From an uncultured Cytophagia bacterium (lineage in GTDB: Bacteria > Zhuqueibacterota > Zhuqueibacteria > Oceanimicrobiales > Oceanimicrobiaceae): a DNA stretch of 64,000 nucleotides. The stretch is from NCBI GenBank assembly GCA_964539665.1, contig CAZIKB010000003.1, positions 60,062-124,061 of the forward strand. The letters run 5' to 3'. The notes beneath the pieces were generated by a model. The model was not told the origin of the DNA, did not search any database, and saw only the letters and a list, made by a program, of their open reading frames with translations. Shown piece after piece: positions 1 to 9,602 of this stretch. The position numbers and the translations under genes are program-made. Every line of letters begins with the position of its first letter. The first letter of the stretch is position 1.

Positions 1-1
1 G

Positions 2-439
2 GCGACATCATTAGAAGCACGCGTGCCTTTTCTTGATCATAGATTCGTTGAATTTACGGCTACTTTACCGAGTAAACTGAAATTAAATGGTACGAACACA
101 AAATTTATTTTAAAAGATGCAATGAAGGAATTGTTACCTCCTGAGATTTTAAAAAGAGGTAAAGAGGGATTTAGCATTCCAATTAAAAATTGGTTAAAGA
201 AAGATCTGAAGAACTTAATGCTGGATGTGCTTGATCCACAGAAAATTAAACGGGAAGGTTTTTTTAATCCAGATTACGTGCAGAGACTGACGCAAGAGCA
301 TTTAACCGGTAAAGAGAATCACAGCCATCGATTATGGGCAATTATGGTATTTGGAATTTGGCAGGATATTTATTTAGGCAGGAAAGAAAAAACCCATGAA
401 ACAACCATTAAAACATCTAATGAATTTGTAGAGATTTAG
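2..439 (+). CDS. AsnB-type asparagine synthase/amidotransferase, C-terminal fragment (5' end lies outside the window)
   Basis: The frame is open from the window edge. LEARVPFLDHRFVEF...NHSHRLWAIMVFGIWQ parallels the C-terminal ~140 aa of the full paralog at 6013..7893 (RFPLHDYRLIEF...YSHRLYALLILELW). Confidence 0.8.
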   Translation, partial: ATSLEARVPFLDHRFVEFTATLPSKLKLNGTNTKFILKDAMKELLPPEILKRGKEGFSIPIKNWLKKDLKNLMLDVLDPQKIKREGFFNPDYVQRLTQEHLTGKENHSHRLWAIMVFGIWQDIYLGRKEKTHETTIKTSNEFVEI

Positions 440-504
440 ATTGCTCAATCCTGCTAACAACGGCGTAATAAAATATTGGACTTAAAATATAAAAGGATGC
501 ACCT

Positions 505-1311
505 GTGAATCAAATTTTAGAGGAAATTAAAAAACTTGGCATTGATAATCTTGAACCAAAACTTGAAGAAATTCGGGAATACTGGAATGCCCACATTCAT
601 GACCTGGAATTAGCCAAACATCCTGTAGGCACCATTGGTTTTTTTCAAGACCTGGACGAGTATCGATTTGATAAACTACGCTATTTACCAAAAGTAGTCA
701 ATTTCAACGGGTACAAAGACAGGAAGGTATTAGAGGTCGGTTGCGGAGTAGGTATTGATCTGGTAAGATTCGCCAGAGGAGGCGCCATTGTTACTGGCGT
801 GGATTTAGCCGAGAAATCAATTGAATTGGCAAAGCAAAATTTTCAATTGCACGGCCTTGAAGGTCAGCTTAGGCTGGGAAACGGGGAAAATTTAGATTTC
901 CCGGACAACAGCTTCGACGTGGTTTATGCTCACGGTGTGATTCAGTACACTGCAAATGCTCAAAAAATGGTAAACGAATTACAGCGGGTAGTGAAGCCCG
1001 GCGGTGAAATCATCGTTATGGTTTACAACCGCAAATCCTGGCTTAATTTAATGTCGGTAACTTTAGGCGTGGGATTAGAGCATGAAGATGCTCCTGTCTT
1101 GAAAAAGATCACCATTCGGGAGTTGAGGAATTTGCTGCAAGGATTTGCAAAAGTTACAATTATGCCTGAGAGATTCCCTGTAAAATCGAGATTGCATAAA
1201 GGCGCCAAGGCATTGTTCTTCAATGTTTTCTTTGTACCATTATTTAATTTGATTCCAAGATTTATCACGCGCAATACTGGTTGGCATCTAATGGCATTTG
1301 CTAATAAATAA
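505..1311 (+). CDS. class I SAM-dependent methyltransferase
   Basis: GTG start preceded by AAAAGGA. SAM motif I VLEVGCGVGIDLV, then FDVVYAHGVIQY and VKPGGEIIV. Confidence 0.8.
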   Translation: MNQILEEIKKLGIDNLEPKLEEIREYWNAHIHDLELAKHPVGTIGFFQDLDEYRFDKLRYLPKVVNFNGYKDRKVLEVGCGVGIDLVRFARGGAIVTGVDLAEKSIELAKQNFQLHGLEGQLRLGNGENLDFPDNSFDVVYAHGVIQYTANAQKMVNELQRVVKPGGEIIVMVYNRKSWLNLMSVTLGVGLEHEDAPVLKKITIRELRNLLQGFAKVTIMPERFPVKSRLHKGAKALFFNVFFVPLFNLIPRFITRNTGWHLMAFANK

Positions 1312-1377
1312 ACAGAGTCATAATTAATTATGATTTTATTTAAATATAAATAAGAGAAGCGGAAAATCGTTTAGTAA

Positions 1378-3054
1378 ATGGAAAGGAATCTATCTCAATT
1401 AGGGGGGAAACAGTATGATGTTCTGATAATTGGTGGCGGTATTTACGGTGTTTATGCTGCATGGGATGCAGCTTCAAGAGGTTTATCCGTTGCACTGATT
1501 GATAAAGCCGATTTCGGCGCAGCCACATCATCCAATAGTTTGAAAATCATTCATGGTGGTCTTCGCTATTTACAGCATGCTGATTTCAAACGTATGCGTG
1601 AATCTATCGCGGAACGACGCATACTGATGCGAATTGCTCCCCATCTTGTCCACCCGCTTCCTTGTATCATGCCTACTTACGGTCATGCCATGAAAGGTAA
1701 AGAGGTTATGGCTGTGGCGCTTTTCATGAATGACCTCGTTGGATTTGATCGGAATGGTCTTGCTGATCCTCAAAAACACCTACCACGCGGTCGGGTCATT
1801 TCAAAAAAAGAATGTTTAAAGATAATTCCAGGAATTGATGAAGAAGGCCTGACAGGTGGAGCCATCTGGTATGATTGCCAGGTGAATAATTCCGAACGTA
1901 TGCTGTTGTCTATTCTTCATTCAGCCGTGAAGGCCGATGCAGTAGTGGCTAATTACGTTGAAATGCTGAGTTTTATGAGGGATAAGGAGCGGGTATCAGG
2001 CGTTGTGGCAAAAGATCACATAACAGGTGAGCAAGTAGAAATCCGGGCGAAACTAGTGATCAATAACAGCGGACCCTGGGTTGAAAATATCCTTAGCCAT
2101 TTGAATGGACACTCGATACAACCTGAGATTAAGATGTCAGCAGCGATGAATTTGGTGTTAAAGAGACAAATTATATCTGAATACGCTGCAGGCATTTGGA
2201 GTAAGGCTACATTTAAAGATACGGATGCGTTAATTAGTAAGGGGTCCCGGCTTTTTTTTATTACTCCCTGGCAAAATTATTCAATAATTGGTACAACCCA
2301 TGTTCATTATGAAGGTGATCCGGGTCAATTCAAAATACGTGAACAGGATATTCAATCGTTTGTCAACGAGGTCAATGAGGCGTATCCAGCCGCCAATATA
2401 AAAAGGGAAGATGTCTCATTTTTTTATGGCGGCCTGCTGCCGGCCGATGCAAACCAGCCTGACACGGGAGATGTAAAACTGTTGAAGAGTTACAGGATTA
2501 TTGACCATGAAATTGAAAGTGGCATTAAAGGCTTGCTTTCGGTAGTCAGTGTGAAATATACCACAGCCAGAGATGTTGCGCAAAAAACCGTAGATTATAT
2601 TTTCAATAAATTAAATATTCAATCTCCTGCGTGTCAAACTTCGAGTGTGCCGCTATTTGGCGGTGAAATTGAGTTGTTTGACGATTTTCTAAAAAAAGAA
2701 AAAGCTAAAGCTATGAAGGGATTAAGCGAAGATATAATTGAGCATTTAATTAAGAATTACGGTTCAGAATATAAAAGAATTTTAAATTATACAGATGAAA
2801 ATTCTGATTGGGCTGAAACAGTAAATGATTCGTCAAATGTTTTAAAAGCGGAAATCATTCATACAGTCCGGGAAGAAATGGCGCTAAAGCTTCGTGATGT
2901 TGTCAGGATACGCACAGAACTTGGCAGTGCAGCTTATCCGGGTCTGGAGACTCTTGAAACCTGTGCAGCTTTAATGGCGCATGAATTAGGTTGGGATGCT
3001 AAAAAAATACAAAGTGAAATTGATGAAGCTAAGGCTATTTATGTGCCAGCATAA
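1378..3054 (+). CDS. FAD-dependent glycerol-3-phosphate dehydrogenase/oxidase-like oxidoreductase (GlpD/GlpO family)
   Basis: N-terminal dinucleotide fold YDVLIIGGGIYGVYAAWDAASRGLSVALIDKADFGAATSSNSLKIIHGGLRYL. The 558-aa length fits a DAO domain plus the GlpD C-terminal domain. Confidence 0.75.
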   Translation: MERNLSQLGGKQYDVLIIGGGIYGVYAAWDAASRGLSVALIDKADFGAATSSNSLKIIHGGLRYLQHADFKRMRESIAERRILMRIAPHLVHPLPCIMPTYGHAMKGKEVMAVALFMNDLVGFDRNGLADPQKHLPRGRVISKKECLKIIPGIDEEGLTGGAIWYDCQVNNSERMLLSILHSAVKADAVVANYVEMLSFMRDKERVSGVVAKDHITGEQVEIRAKLVINNSGPWVENILSHLNGHSIQPEIKMSAAMNLVLKRQIISEYAAGIWSKATFKDTDALISKGSRLFFITPWQNYSIIGTTHVHYEGDPGQFKIREQDIQSFVNEVNEAYPAANIKREDVSFFYGGLLPADANQPDTGDVKLLKSYRIIDHEIESGIKGLLSVVSVKYTTARDVAQKTVDYIFNKLNIQSPACQTSSVPLFGGEIELFDDFLKKEKAKAMKGLSEDIIEHLIKNYGSEYKRILNYTDENSDWAETVNDSSNVLKAEIIHTVREEMALKLRDVVRIRTELGSAAYPGLETLETCAALMAHELGWDAKKIQSEIDEAKAIYVPA

Positions 3055-3102
3055 TTAATTTGTGATTTAGTTTTTTAATTTTTGCAGGACCGATAATTAC
3101 TT

Positions 3103-4089
3103 ATGGGCAAAGAAGCGTTTGTAACAGGGGCGAACGGTTTTACGGGTAGTCACCTTTGTAAATTATTAATTGAAAAAGGTTACTCGGTAAATGCAATGGT
3201 AAGAAATTCGAGCAAATGTGTAATTTTAGAAGAAATGGGCGCCAAAATTGTTGTAGCCGATTTGTCCGATTCATTTTCGCTCGATGGGATTTTAAAAGAT
3301 ACAGATGTCGTCTATCACATTGCGGCGGCTTACCGACAGGAAGGTATCTCGAAAGAACTTTTTTGGAAGGTAAATGTTGATGGGACTCGCAAATTACTTG
3401 AACAATCTAAAGCAAGCGGTGTTAAACGTTTTGTGCATTGCAGTACAGTTGGTGTGCAGGGTGAAATAGCCAAACCGCCGGCAAAAGAAACTGATCCGTA
3501 TAAACCAGGCGACCATTATCAGGAATCGAAAATGGAGGGGGAGAAAATAGCTCGGGGCTATTTTGAAAAATATGGTATGGAAGGAGTTATTGTTCGTCCG
3601 GTAGGCATTTATGGTCCTGGAGATACACGATTTTTAAAATTGTTTAAGTATATTAATAATGGTAAATTTAGAATGATTGGCTCGGGAGAAGTCCTTTATC
3701 ATTTGACTTTTGTGGAAGATTTAGTTAATGGTATTTCGCTGGCCGGTGAAAAACCGGCAGCTGTCGGGCATATATACACAATCGGTGGCAATGAATATTT
3801 AACTCTTAAGGAGCTTGTTGTGTTAATTGCCGAGGTTCTTGGAAAACCGGCGTCGAGAAAATATTTGCCCTTAAAACCAGTCTACTGGGCTGCAACTGTG
3901 TGCGAAGCCGTCTGCAGGCCATTAGGAATAGAACCGCCATTATATCGCCGCAGGCTTGATTTTTTTACTAAAGACAGAGCATTTGATATTTCGAAAGCTA
4001 AAAATGAATTGGGCTATCTGCCCAAAATGCCCTTAAAGGACGGCCTGGCAATTACCGCGGAATGGTACAAAAAACATGGCCTGATTTGA
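3103..4089 (+). CDS. NAD-dependent epimerase/dehydratase (extended SDR)
   Basis: VTGANGFTGSHL Rossmann motif and catalytic YQESK (YxxxK). Confidence 0.85.
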   Translation: MGKEAFVTGANGFTGSHLCKLLIEKGYSVNAMVRNSSKCVILEEMGAKIVVADLSDSFSLDGILKDTDVVYHIAAAYRQEGISKELFWKVNVDGTRKLLEQSKASGVKRFVHCSTVGVQGEIAKPPAKETDPYKPGDHYQESKMEGEKIARGYFEKYGMEGVIVRPVGIYGPGDTRFLKLFKYINNGKFRMIGSGEVLYHLTFVEDLVNGISLAGEKPAAVGHIYTIGGNEYLTLKELVVLIAEVLGKPASRKYLPLKPVYWAATVCEAVCRPLGIEPPLYRRRLDFFTKDRAFDISKAKNELGYLPKMPLKDGLAITAEWYKKHGLI

Positions 4090-4113
4090 AATTAAATAAT
4101 TGAGGAAATTGAA

Positions 4114-5124
4114 GTGAAAACTGCTGCTGTAAAAAATGTAGAACCCAATATAGAGGAAGAAGAGCAATCGCAAAAGAGAGATTCTAAAAGCTGGCTTATG
4201 ATGGCGATTAAAATCGTAATCAGCGCTTCGCTCATAATCTTTCTGGTCAATAAAACCAATCTGACAGAAATTTGGCGATCAATGAAATCCGCCAACATGC
4301 TTCTCATCTGGTTGTCGTTTTTACTGCATGGGATTGGCTATTTCTCCAGTTCCTACCGCTGGCGACTGCTGTTACTCGCTCAGGGATATGATGTGTCTGT
4401 TGGTTATTTGGTTCGATCTTATGCAGTTGCCATGTTTTTCAATAATCTTTTACCTTCCACTATCGGAGGAGATGGCTACCGCGCTTATGATACATCCAAA
4501 TGTAATATACCGAAATTAAAAGCATTGGCTATTGTGATCGTCGAAAGATTTTTAGGATTATTTGCTTTAATGGTATTTGCTATGCTGGCGCTGGCTTTGG
4601 CGACTGAACTTACCACGCAAATTGAAAATCTCTGGATCTGGTCGTTTTTAACTTTTTCAGCTATGCTGGTTGCGGTGTGGTTAATATTCTTTCACAGTGG
4701 AAAAGTACCCTGGCTGCGAAAAATTTTGAATATGCCGGGAATGAGTATTGTAAACAAACTGCTCATGAAAATCACAGACTCATTTGCGCCGTTTCGCAGA
4801 AAAACCAAAGCATTGAGTTGGGGTCTGGTTTTATCTCTTGTTTTACAAATAAATGTCATCTTCCATTATTATCTGATTTCTGAAGCCCTGGGTCTGTCAA
4901 TTCCTTTTGTGAAATTTTTGGTCATCATTCCTTTGTCTATCTTCATTCAAATGGTGCCGGTTTCGATTAACGGAATTGGCCTTCGCGAGTCGTTCTATGT
5001 GTTCTTCTTATCAACAATTTATGGCGCGCCAATCGCGGCCGCTCTGGCTTTTTCCTGGATTGCTTACGGGATGATTCTACTTTTAGGCATCTTTGGTGGA
5101 GTGATTTATGCTTTCAGAAAATAA
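4114..5124 (+). CDS. polytopic membrane protein, lysylphosphatidylglycerol-synthase-TM-region / flippase-like (UPF0104) family
   Basis: GTG start after GAGGAAA. Multiple TM helices and the family-typical LLPSTIGGDGYRAYD loop. Family assignment is from memory of the motif. Confidence 0.55.
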   Translation: MKTAAVKNVEPNIEEEEQSQKRDSKSWLMMAIKIVISASLIIFLVNKTNLTEIWRSMKSANMLLIWLSFLLHGIGYFSSSYRWRLLLLAQGYDVSVGYLVRSYAVAMFFNNLLPSTIGGDGYRAYDTSKCNIPKLKALAIVIVERFLGLFALMVFAMLALALATELTTQIENLWIWSFLTFSAMLVAVWLIFFHSGKVPWLRKILNMPGMSIVNKLLMKITDSFAPFRRKTKALSWGLVLSLVLQINVIFHYYLISEALGLSIPFVKFLVIIPLSIFIQMVPVSINGIGLRESFYVFFLSTIYGAPIAAALAFSWIAYGMILLLGIFGGVIYAFRK

Positions 5125-5181
5125 AGTACTGCAAGCGTCATCGTTTGCGATTTATTACAAAATCTATTTTAGGAGTTATAA

Positions 5182-5979
5182 ATGAGTGAAAATAACAATC
5201 CGAAAATCATGGATACGCAAAAAGAGCTTTTTGATGAAAAAAAGTCAAAAGCCAAGAAATACCAGGAAATTTTTATAGGGGAGCCGGGATTCTTTAAGAT
5301 GGTCAAATATGAGCTAATCATTACTTTGTTTAGCTGGGTTCCTGGTGCAATGGGGATTTTTTTACGCTCTTTTTTTTATCGTTATATTTTAGGTTCAACG
5401 GGGCGAGGAGTTGCGCTCGGAGCAAATATTGCTATTCGGCACCCAGGTAAAATCCACCTCGGAAATAATGTTGTGATAGATGATAATTGTGTTATGGATG
5501 CGAAAGGCGAAAACAACCAGGGAATCAAAATTGAAAATGGCGTTTTTGTTGGACGCGGAACCATACTGACCTGCCATAATGGAGACATTATTCTTGAGGA
5601 TAATGTGAACATCGGCTTCAATTGTGTTATCTCTTCACTCAGCCGCATCGTTATAAAAAAGAACCACCTGATGGCTGCTTTTTGTTATTTGGTCGGAGGC
5701 GATCACGACAGCGATCGCACCGATATTCCGGTTCTGCACCAGGGTCGGTCATCCAAAGGAATCACCATCGATGAAAACGTCTGGCTGGGAGCTGGTGTGG
5801 CTGTGTTGGATGGCGTCACCATCGGGCGTGATAGCATAATTGGTGCGGGCGCAGTTGTAAACAAGGATGTCCAGGAATATGCTATCGCGGCAGGATTGCC
5901 TGCCAAATTTTTGTGGGACCGTCGGAAGGGCAAAGAACATAATGAAATTTTAAAAGGCGAGGCAGTCGAACAGAAATAA
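5182..5979 (+). CDS. hexapeptide-repeat (left-handed beta-helix) acyl/acetyltransferase with N-terminal membrane segment
   Basis: Repeated [LIV]G-x4 hexapeptide pattern (IGRDSIIGAGAVVNKDV, VWLGAGVAVLDGVTIG) and a hydrophobic N-terminal helix. Confidence 0.75.
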   Translation: MSENNNPKIMDTQKELFDEKKSKAKKYQEIFIGEPGFFKMVKYELIITLFSWVPGAMGIFLRSFFYRYILGSTGRGVALGANIAIRHPGKIHLGNNVVIDDNCVMDAKGENNQGIKIENGVFVGRGTILTCHNGDIILEDNVNIGFNCVISSLSRIVIKKNHLMAAFCYLVGGDHDSDRTDIPVLHQGRSSKGITIDENVWLGAGVAVLDGVTIGRDSIIGAGAVVNKDVQEYAIAAGLPAKFLWDRRKGKEHNEILKGEAVEQK

Positions 5980-6012
5980 ATTTTATATATTCGATTAAAT
6001 ACGGAGAAGTAC

Positions 6013-7893
6013 ATGATTTACGGTATTGTTAACCGCTCAAAAGAGCAGAATGTCAGTCAGGGAGGATTGATAAAACTACGGCCAGAACATTTATCAGGTA
6101 AAGCGGTCAATACTTTTATTAACCAGAATGTAGCCTTGGGAATCAGCGAAATAGGAGTTCCAACCATTGATGAACGGGTAGGAATAGCTTTTAGCTCAGA
6201 TAAGCAGATTGCAGTCGCTGCAACCGGGAATATTTTTAGAAGTAATGAAGACGTGTCTGAGAAGTCAAGCGGGACGAGGTCAACAAAGACAGATGTGGCT
6301 AAATTGATTTTAACCTGCTACCAAAAATCAGCGGATAGTGGTTTTAAAAAATTAAATGGTCAATTTGCTGCTGCTATCTGGGATGCCGCCAAAAACAGAT
6401 TTTTACTTGTGCGGGATCATCTGGGTTTTGAACCGCTGTTTTATTACTGGGATGAGAAAACCCTTGTATTTTGCTCGTCCTTGAAAGCCTTGCTGCAATT
6501 TGAGAAAATTAAAGATCAGCTTAATTACCGGGCTATACGAAACTATCTGCTTTTCAATTATAATCCGGGATTAGATACATTTATTCAGAATGTTAAAAAA
6601 GTGCAACCTGGATTTTGCTTGATTTTAGAAAATGAAAAATTAACTCCAAAAAAGTACTGGTTTTTGTCCTACCAAAATCAAAATGGTCGTCAGCTTGAAG
6701 AGTACACAGAAGAGCTTATTTTTTTAACCAAAGATTCTATTAAAATCCGGGCGAATGAAAGCAGCTCTGATCCTGGTGCGTTTCTTAGTGGTGGCATGGA
6801 TTCGAGTTCCGTGGTCGGTCTGCTAAGTGGATTGGTGGATAGACCCGTTCATACTTTTTCATTCAGGTGCCGTGAAAAATCTGTTGACGAGTCATACTAT
6901 GCCAGGGTTATGGCCGAACATTATAAAACTCAACATCATGAGGTTGAATTCACCGCAGATGAACTCATAAACCTTGAGAAAATGACGGACTGGATGGAAG
7001 AGCCGTTATGTGATATCGGTGTGGAACTGGGCTCGTACATTTTAGGAAAAGCCGCTCAAAAGGATGTGCAATATATTCTCACTGGCGATGGTGGAGATGA
7101 ACTCTATGCCGGGCATCCGGTTTATATGGCTGATAAAATTGCCAGACTGTTCGATATTGTTCCCGGCCCTTTGAGATTCGGTATCACAAAAGCTGCGCAG
7201 ATTCTGCCAGACTCCGATAAAAAGAAAAGTTTGCTGGTAAAAACTCGCCGTTTTGCTTACAGCTACAGTTTCCCAGCGGAACTCTTAAGTAACCGCTGGC
7301 GGATTTATTATAATGACCGTGAGCTTGCTAAACTCTGTACACCTGAACTGGTCTCTGGATTCGGCGATTTGAACTCGTATAAAGATATCACAGATCTTTA
7401 TTCTGATGCAGATGGAAATGATTTTCTCAGCAATTCGCTCTATGGCGATTATCAAACGCTTGTGCATTTTCATGTTGATAGATTGCGACTAACCCGCGCG
7501 TTTGGCATCGAAGCGCGATTCCCTCTGCATGATTACCGTCTTATTGAATTTTCGGCTACTATTCCCCCTGAATTGAAAATTAAGGGTTACTCACAGGTTA
7601 AATATATCCAGAAGAAAGCATTAGAAGGAATTCTACCGGATGAAATTGTGCACCGAAAGGACAAAATGGGGCACAATGTGCCCATGAAAAACTGGATGCG
7701 CGATACAACCCAATTTAGAGATTTGCTAAATGATGTTTTATCTGAATCTGCTGTTAAAAACCGCAACTTTTTTAATCCAAAAATAATTCAGGAAATGTTA
7801 GAAGCCCATTTAAAAAAGAGAAAGGACTACTCCCATCGCCTTTACGCCCTCTTGATATTAGAACTTTGGCTGCAGAAAAATCTTGATAATTAA
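6013..7893 (+). CDS. AsnB-type amidotransferase paralog with intact synthetase PP-loop but no N-terminal Cys nucleophile
   Basis: PP-loop AFLSGGMDSS. The GATase-II-like N-domain (LNGQFAAAIWD...LLVRDHLGFEPLFYY) begins MIYGIV instead of MCGI. In-frame stop at 5977..5979 with no alternative upstream start. Confidence 0.8.
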   Translation: MIYGIVNRSKEQNVSQGGLIKLRPEHLSGKAVNTFINQNVALGISEIGVPTIDERVGIAFSSDKQIAVAATGNIFRSNEDVSEKSSGTRSTKTDVAKLILTCYQKSADSGFKKLNGQFAAAIWDAAKNRFLLVRDHLGFEPLFYYWDEKTLVFCSSLKALLQFEKIKDQLNYRAIRNYLLFNYNPGLDTFIQNVKKVQPGFCLILENEKLTPKKYWFLSYQNQNGRQLEEYTEELIFLTKDSIKIRANESSSDPGAFLSGGMDSSSVVGLLSGLVDRPVHTFSFRCREKSVDESYYARVMAEHYKTQHHEVEFTADELINLEKMTDWMEEPLCDIGVELGSYILGKAAQKDVQYILTGDGGDELYAGHPVYMADKIARLFDIVPGPLRFGITKAAQILPDSDKKKSLLVKTRRFAYSYSFPAELLSNRWRIYYNDRELAKLCTPELVSGFGDLNSYKDITDLYSDADGNDFLSNSLYGDYQTLVHFHVDRLRLTRAFGIEARFPLHDYRLIEFSATIPPELKIKGYSQVKYIQKKALEGILPDEIVHRKDKMGHNVPMKNWMRDTTQFRDLLNDVLSESAVKNRNFFNPKIIQEMLEAHLKKRKDYSHRLYALLILELWLQKNLDN

Positions 7894-7908
7894 ATAATTG
7901 AATAAATT

Positions 7909-8514
7909 ATGCCTTTACCGTTTGGACATTCTTTGATGGGATATACCCTGTACGAAACTATGCCCCACAAAGCAAAGGGATTAAATTGGCGAATGTTAAT
8001 GCTATTCATTGTGATAGCAAATTTGCCGGATATTGATTTTCTCCCGGGATTTCTGGGGGGTAATCCAAACATATATCATCATCATTATTTGAGCCATAGT
8101 ATAGGATTTGCAGTGTTCATTGGTGGTATGTTTGCATGGTTTTTTTCTTTTAAGAAGGGTGGAAATTTTCTGTCGTATTTTCTGATATTTACAAGTGTTT
8201 GTTATTCACATATAATAATGGACCTGGTTACAGCCGACACTGGTGAACCTTTTGGTGTGCCGATGTTTTGGCCTTTAACAAAAACATATTATTATTCTCC
8301 TTTTTCTATATTTATGTCGTTACATAAGATTGGATTAAATAAAGAATTCATTCAAAGTTTGTTTGTATTGCACAACCTCTGGGTAGCGCTTTGGGAGATT
8401 GTAATTTTTATGCCAATTTTGACAATAATAACGGTAGTGAAAATGTGTAGAAAATCTCAAAAAAAAAGAGACCGTGTGGGAAATTTAAAGTCAGATATCG
8501 TCTCAACAACATAG
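7909..8514 (+). CDS. membrane-bound metal-dependent hydrolase (YdjM/DUF457-like)
   Basis: MPLPFGHSLMGY start, LPDIDFLPG and HHHYLSHS His clusters, several TM helices. Confidence 0.55.
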   Translation: MPLPFGHSLMGYTLYETMPHKAKGLNWRMLMLFIVIANLPDIDFLPGFLGGNPNIYHHHYLSHSIGFAVFIGGMFAWFFSFKKGGNFLSYFLIFTSVCYSHIIMDLVTADTGEPFGVPMFWPLTKTYYYSPFSIFMSLHKIGLNKEFIQSLFVLHNLWVALWEIVIFMPILTIITVVKMCRKSQKKRDRVGNLKSDIVSTT

Positions 8515-8581
8515 GCGAAAAAGTGCAAGGTTTTTTGAAACTTTTGAGTAAGAAAACATAATTCAAATATTAGAACAATAT

Positions 8582-9553
8582 ATGAATCAAATTGAATATT
8601 CGGTTGTAGTTCCTGTTATGGATGAAGAAGACAATGTGAAAATTCTTTATAACGGGATAAAAGAAGTACTGCAAAAAATGGGGAAGTCTTATGAAATAAT
8701 ATTCGTCGATGATGGCAGTACTGACCGGACATTTTCCATTATGAAATCGATTAATAATCAGGATCATGATTTTAAAGTAATTAAATTCAGACGTAATTTT
8801 GGTCAATCTGCTGCGATGGCTGCTGGATTCGATCAGGCAAAGGGTAAGATTGTCATTTCCATGGATGGTGATTTGCAGAATGATCCAAAGGATATTCCGG
8901 CCCTGGTTGAAAAGATTCATGAGGGCTATGACATTGTGGCTGGTTGGCGAAAAAACCGAAAAGATAAATTGTTAATTAGAAAAGTCCCTTCAAAGATTGC
9001 AAATAGAATTATACGATATTTAACCGGCGTCCAGTTGCATGACACTGGCTGCTCCCTGAAAGCATATCGGCTGGAGGTGATAAAGAAAATCAGACTTTAT
9101 GGAGAATTGCATCGATTTATTCCGGCGCTGGCTCGCATTGAAGGCGCCCGAATATCTGAAATGATTGTTTCGCATCACCACCGTAAATTTGGTAAATCGA
9201 AATACAACTTGACCCGCACCTTCAAGGTAGTGATGGATTTAACAACTCTGAATCTTTTCATCAAATATTTAAATAATCCAGTTCATTTTTTTGGCATGCT
9301 GGGTTTTGTGTTTAATTTTATCGGAACATTTGCATTATGTATTTGTGGCTATTTATTTTTAAGGGAAGTTTATGATTTGCCCGGATTAAATGTATTTATT
9401 TCTTTTGCGTTTTTATTGATTGCTTCAGGCTGTCAATTTTTCTTCTACGGCCTGATTGCAAACATGGTCGTAAAAACTGGTGAAGATAATAATAATAAAC
9501 TTATGGAGTACTATTCAAAAGCTAATCTTCGTGAAGGTAATAAACTGACATGA
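8582..9553 (+). CDS. GT2 polyprenyl-phosphate glycosyltransferase (GtrB/ArnC/DPM1-like), copy 1
   Basis: VVVPVMDEE...IIFVDDGSTDRT...ISMDGDLQNDP (DXD) plus two C-terminal TM helices. Confidence 0.85.
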   Translation: MNQIEYSVVVPVMDEEDNVKILYNGIKEVLQKMGKSYEIIFVDDGSTDRTFSIMKSINNQDHDFKVIKFRRNFGQSAAMAAGFDQAKGKIVISMDGDLQNDPKDIPALVEKIHEGYDIVAGWRKNRKDKLLIRKVPSKIANRIIRYLTGVQLHDTGCSLKAYRLEVIKKIRLYGELHRFIPALARIEGARISEMIVSHHHRKFGKSKYNLTRTFKVVMDLTTLNLFIKYLNNPVHFFGMLGFVFNFIGTFALCICGYLFLREVYDLPGLNVFISFAFLLIASGCQFFFYGLIANMVVKTGEDNNNKLMEYYSKANLREGNKLT

Positions 9554-9602
9554 TTTTTAAATGTTTAGTCACAAACTCTTAGCTCAATAGTATCAATTTA
9601 AT

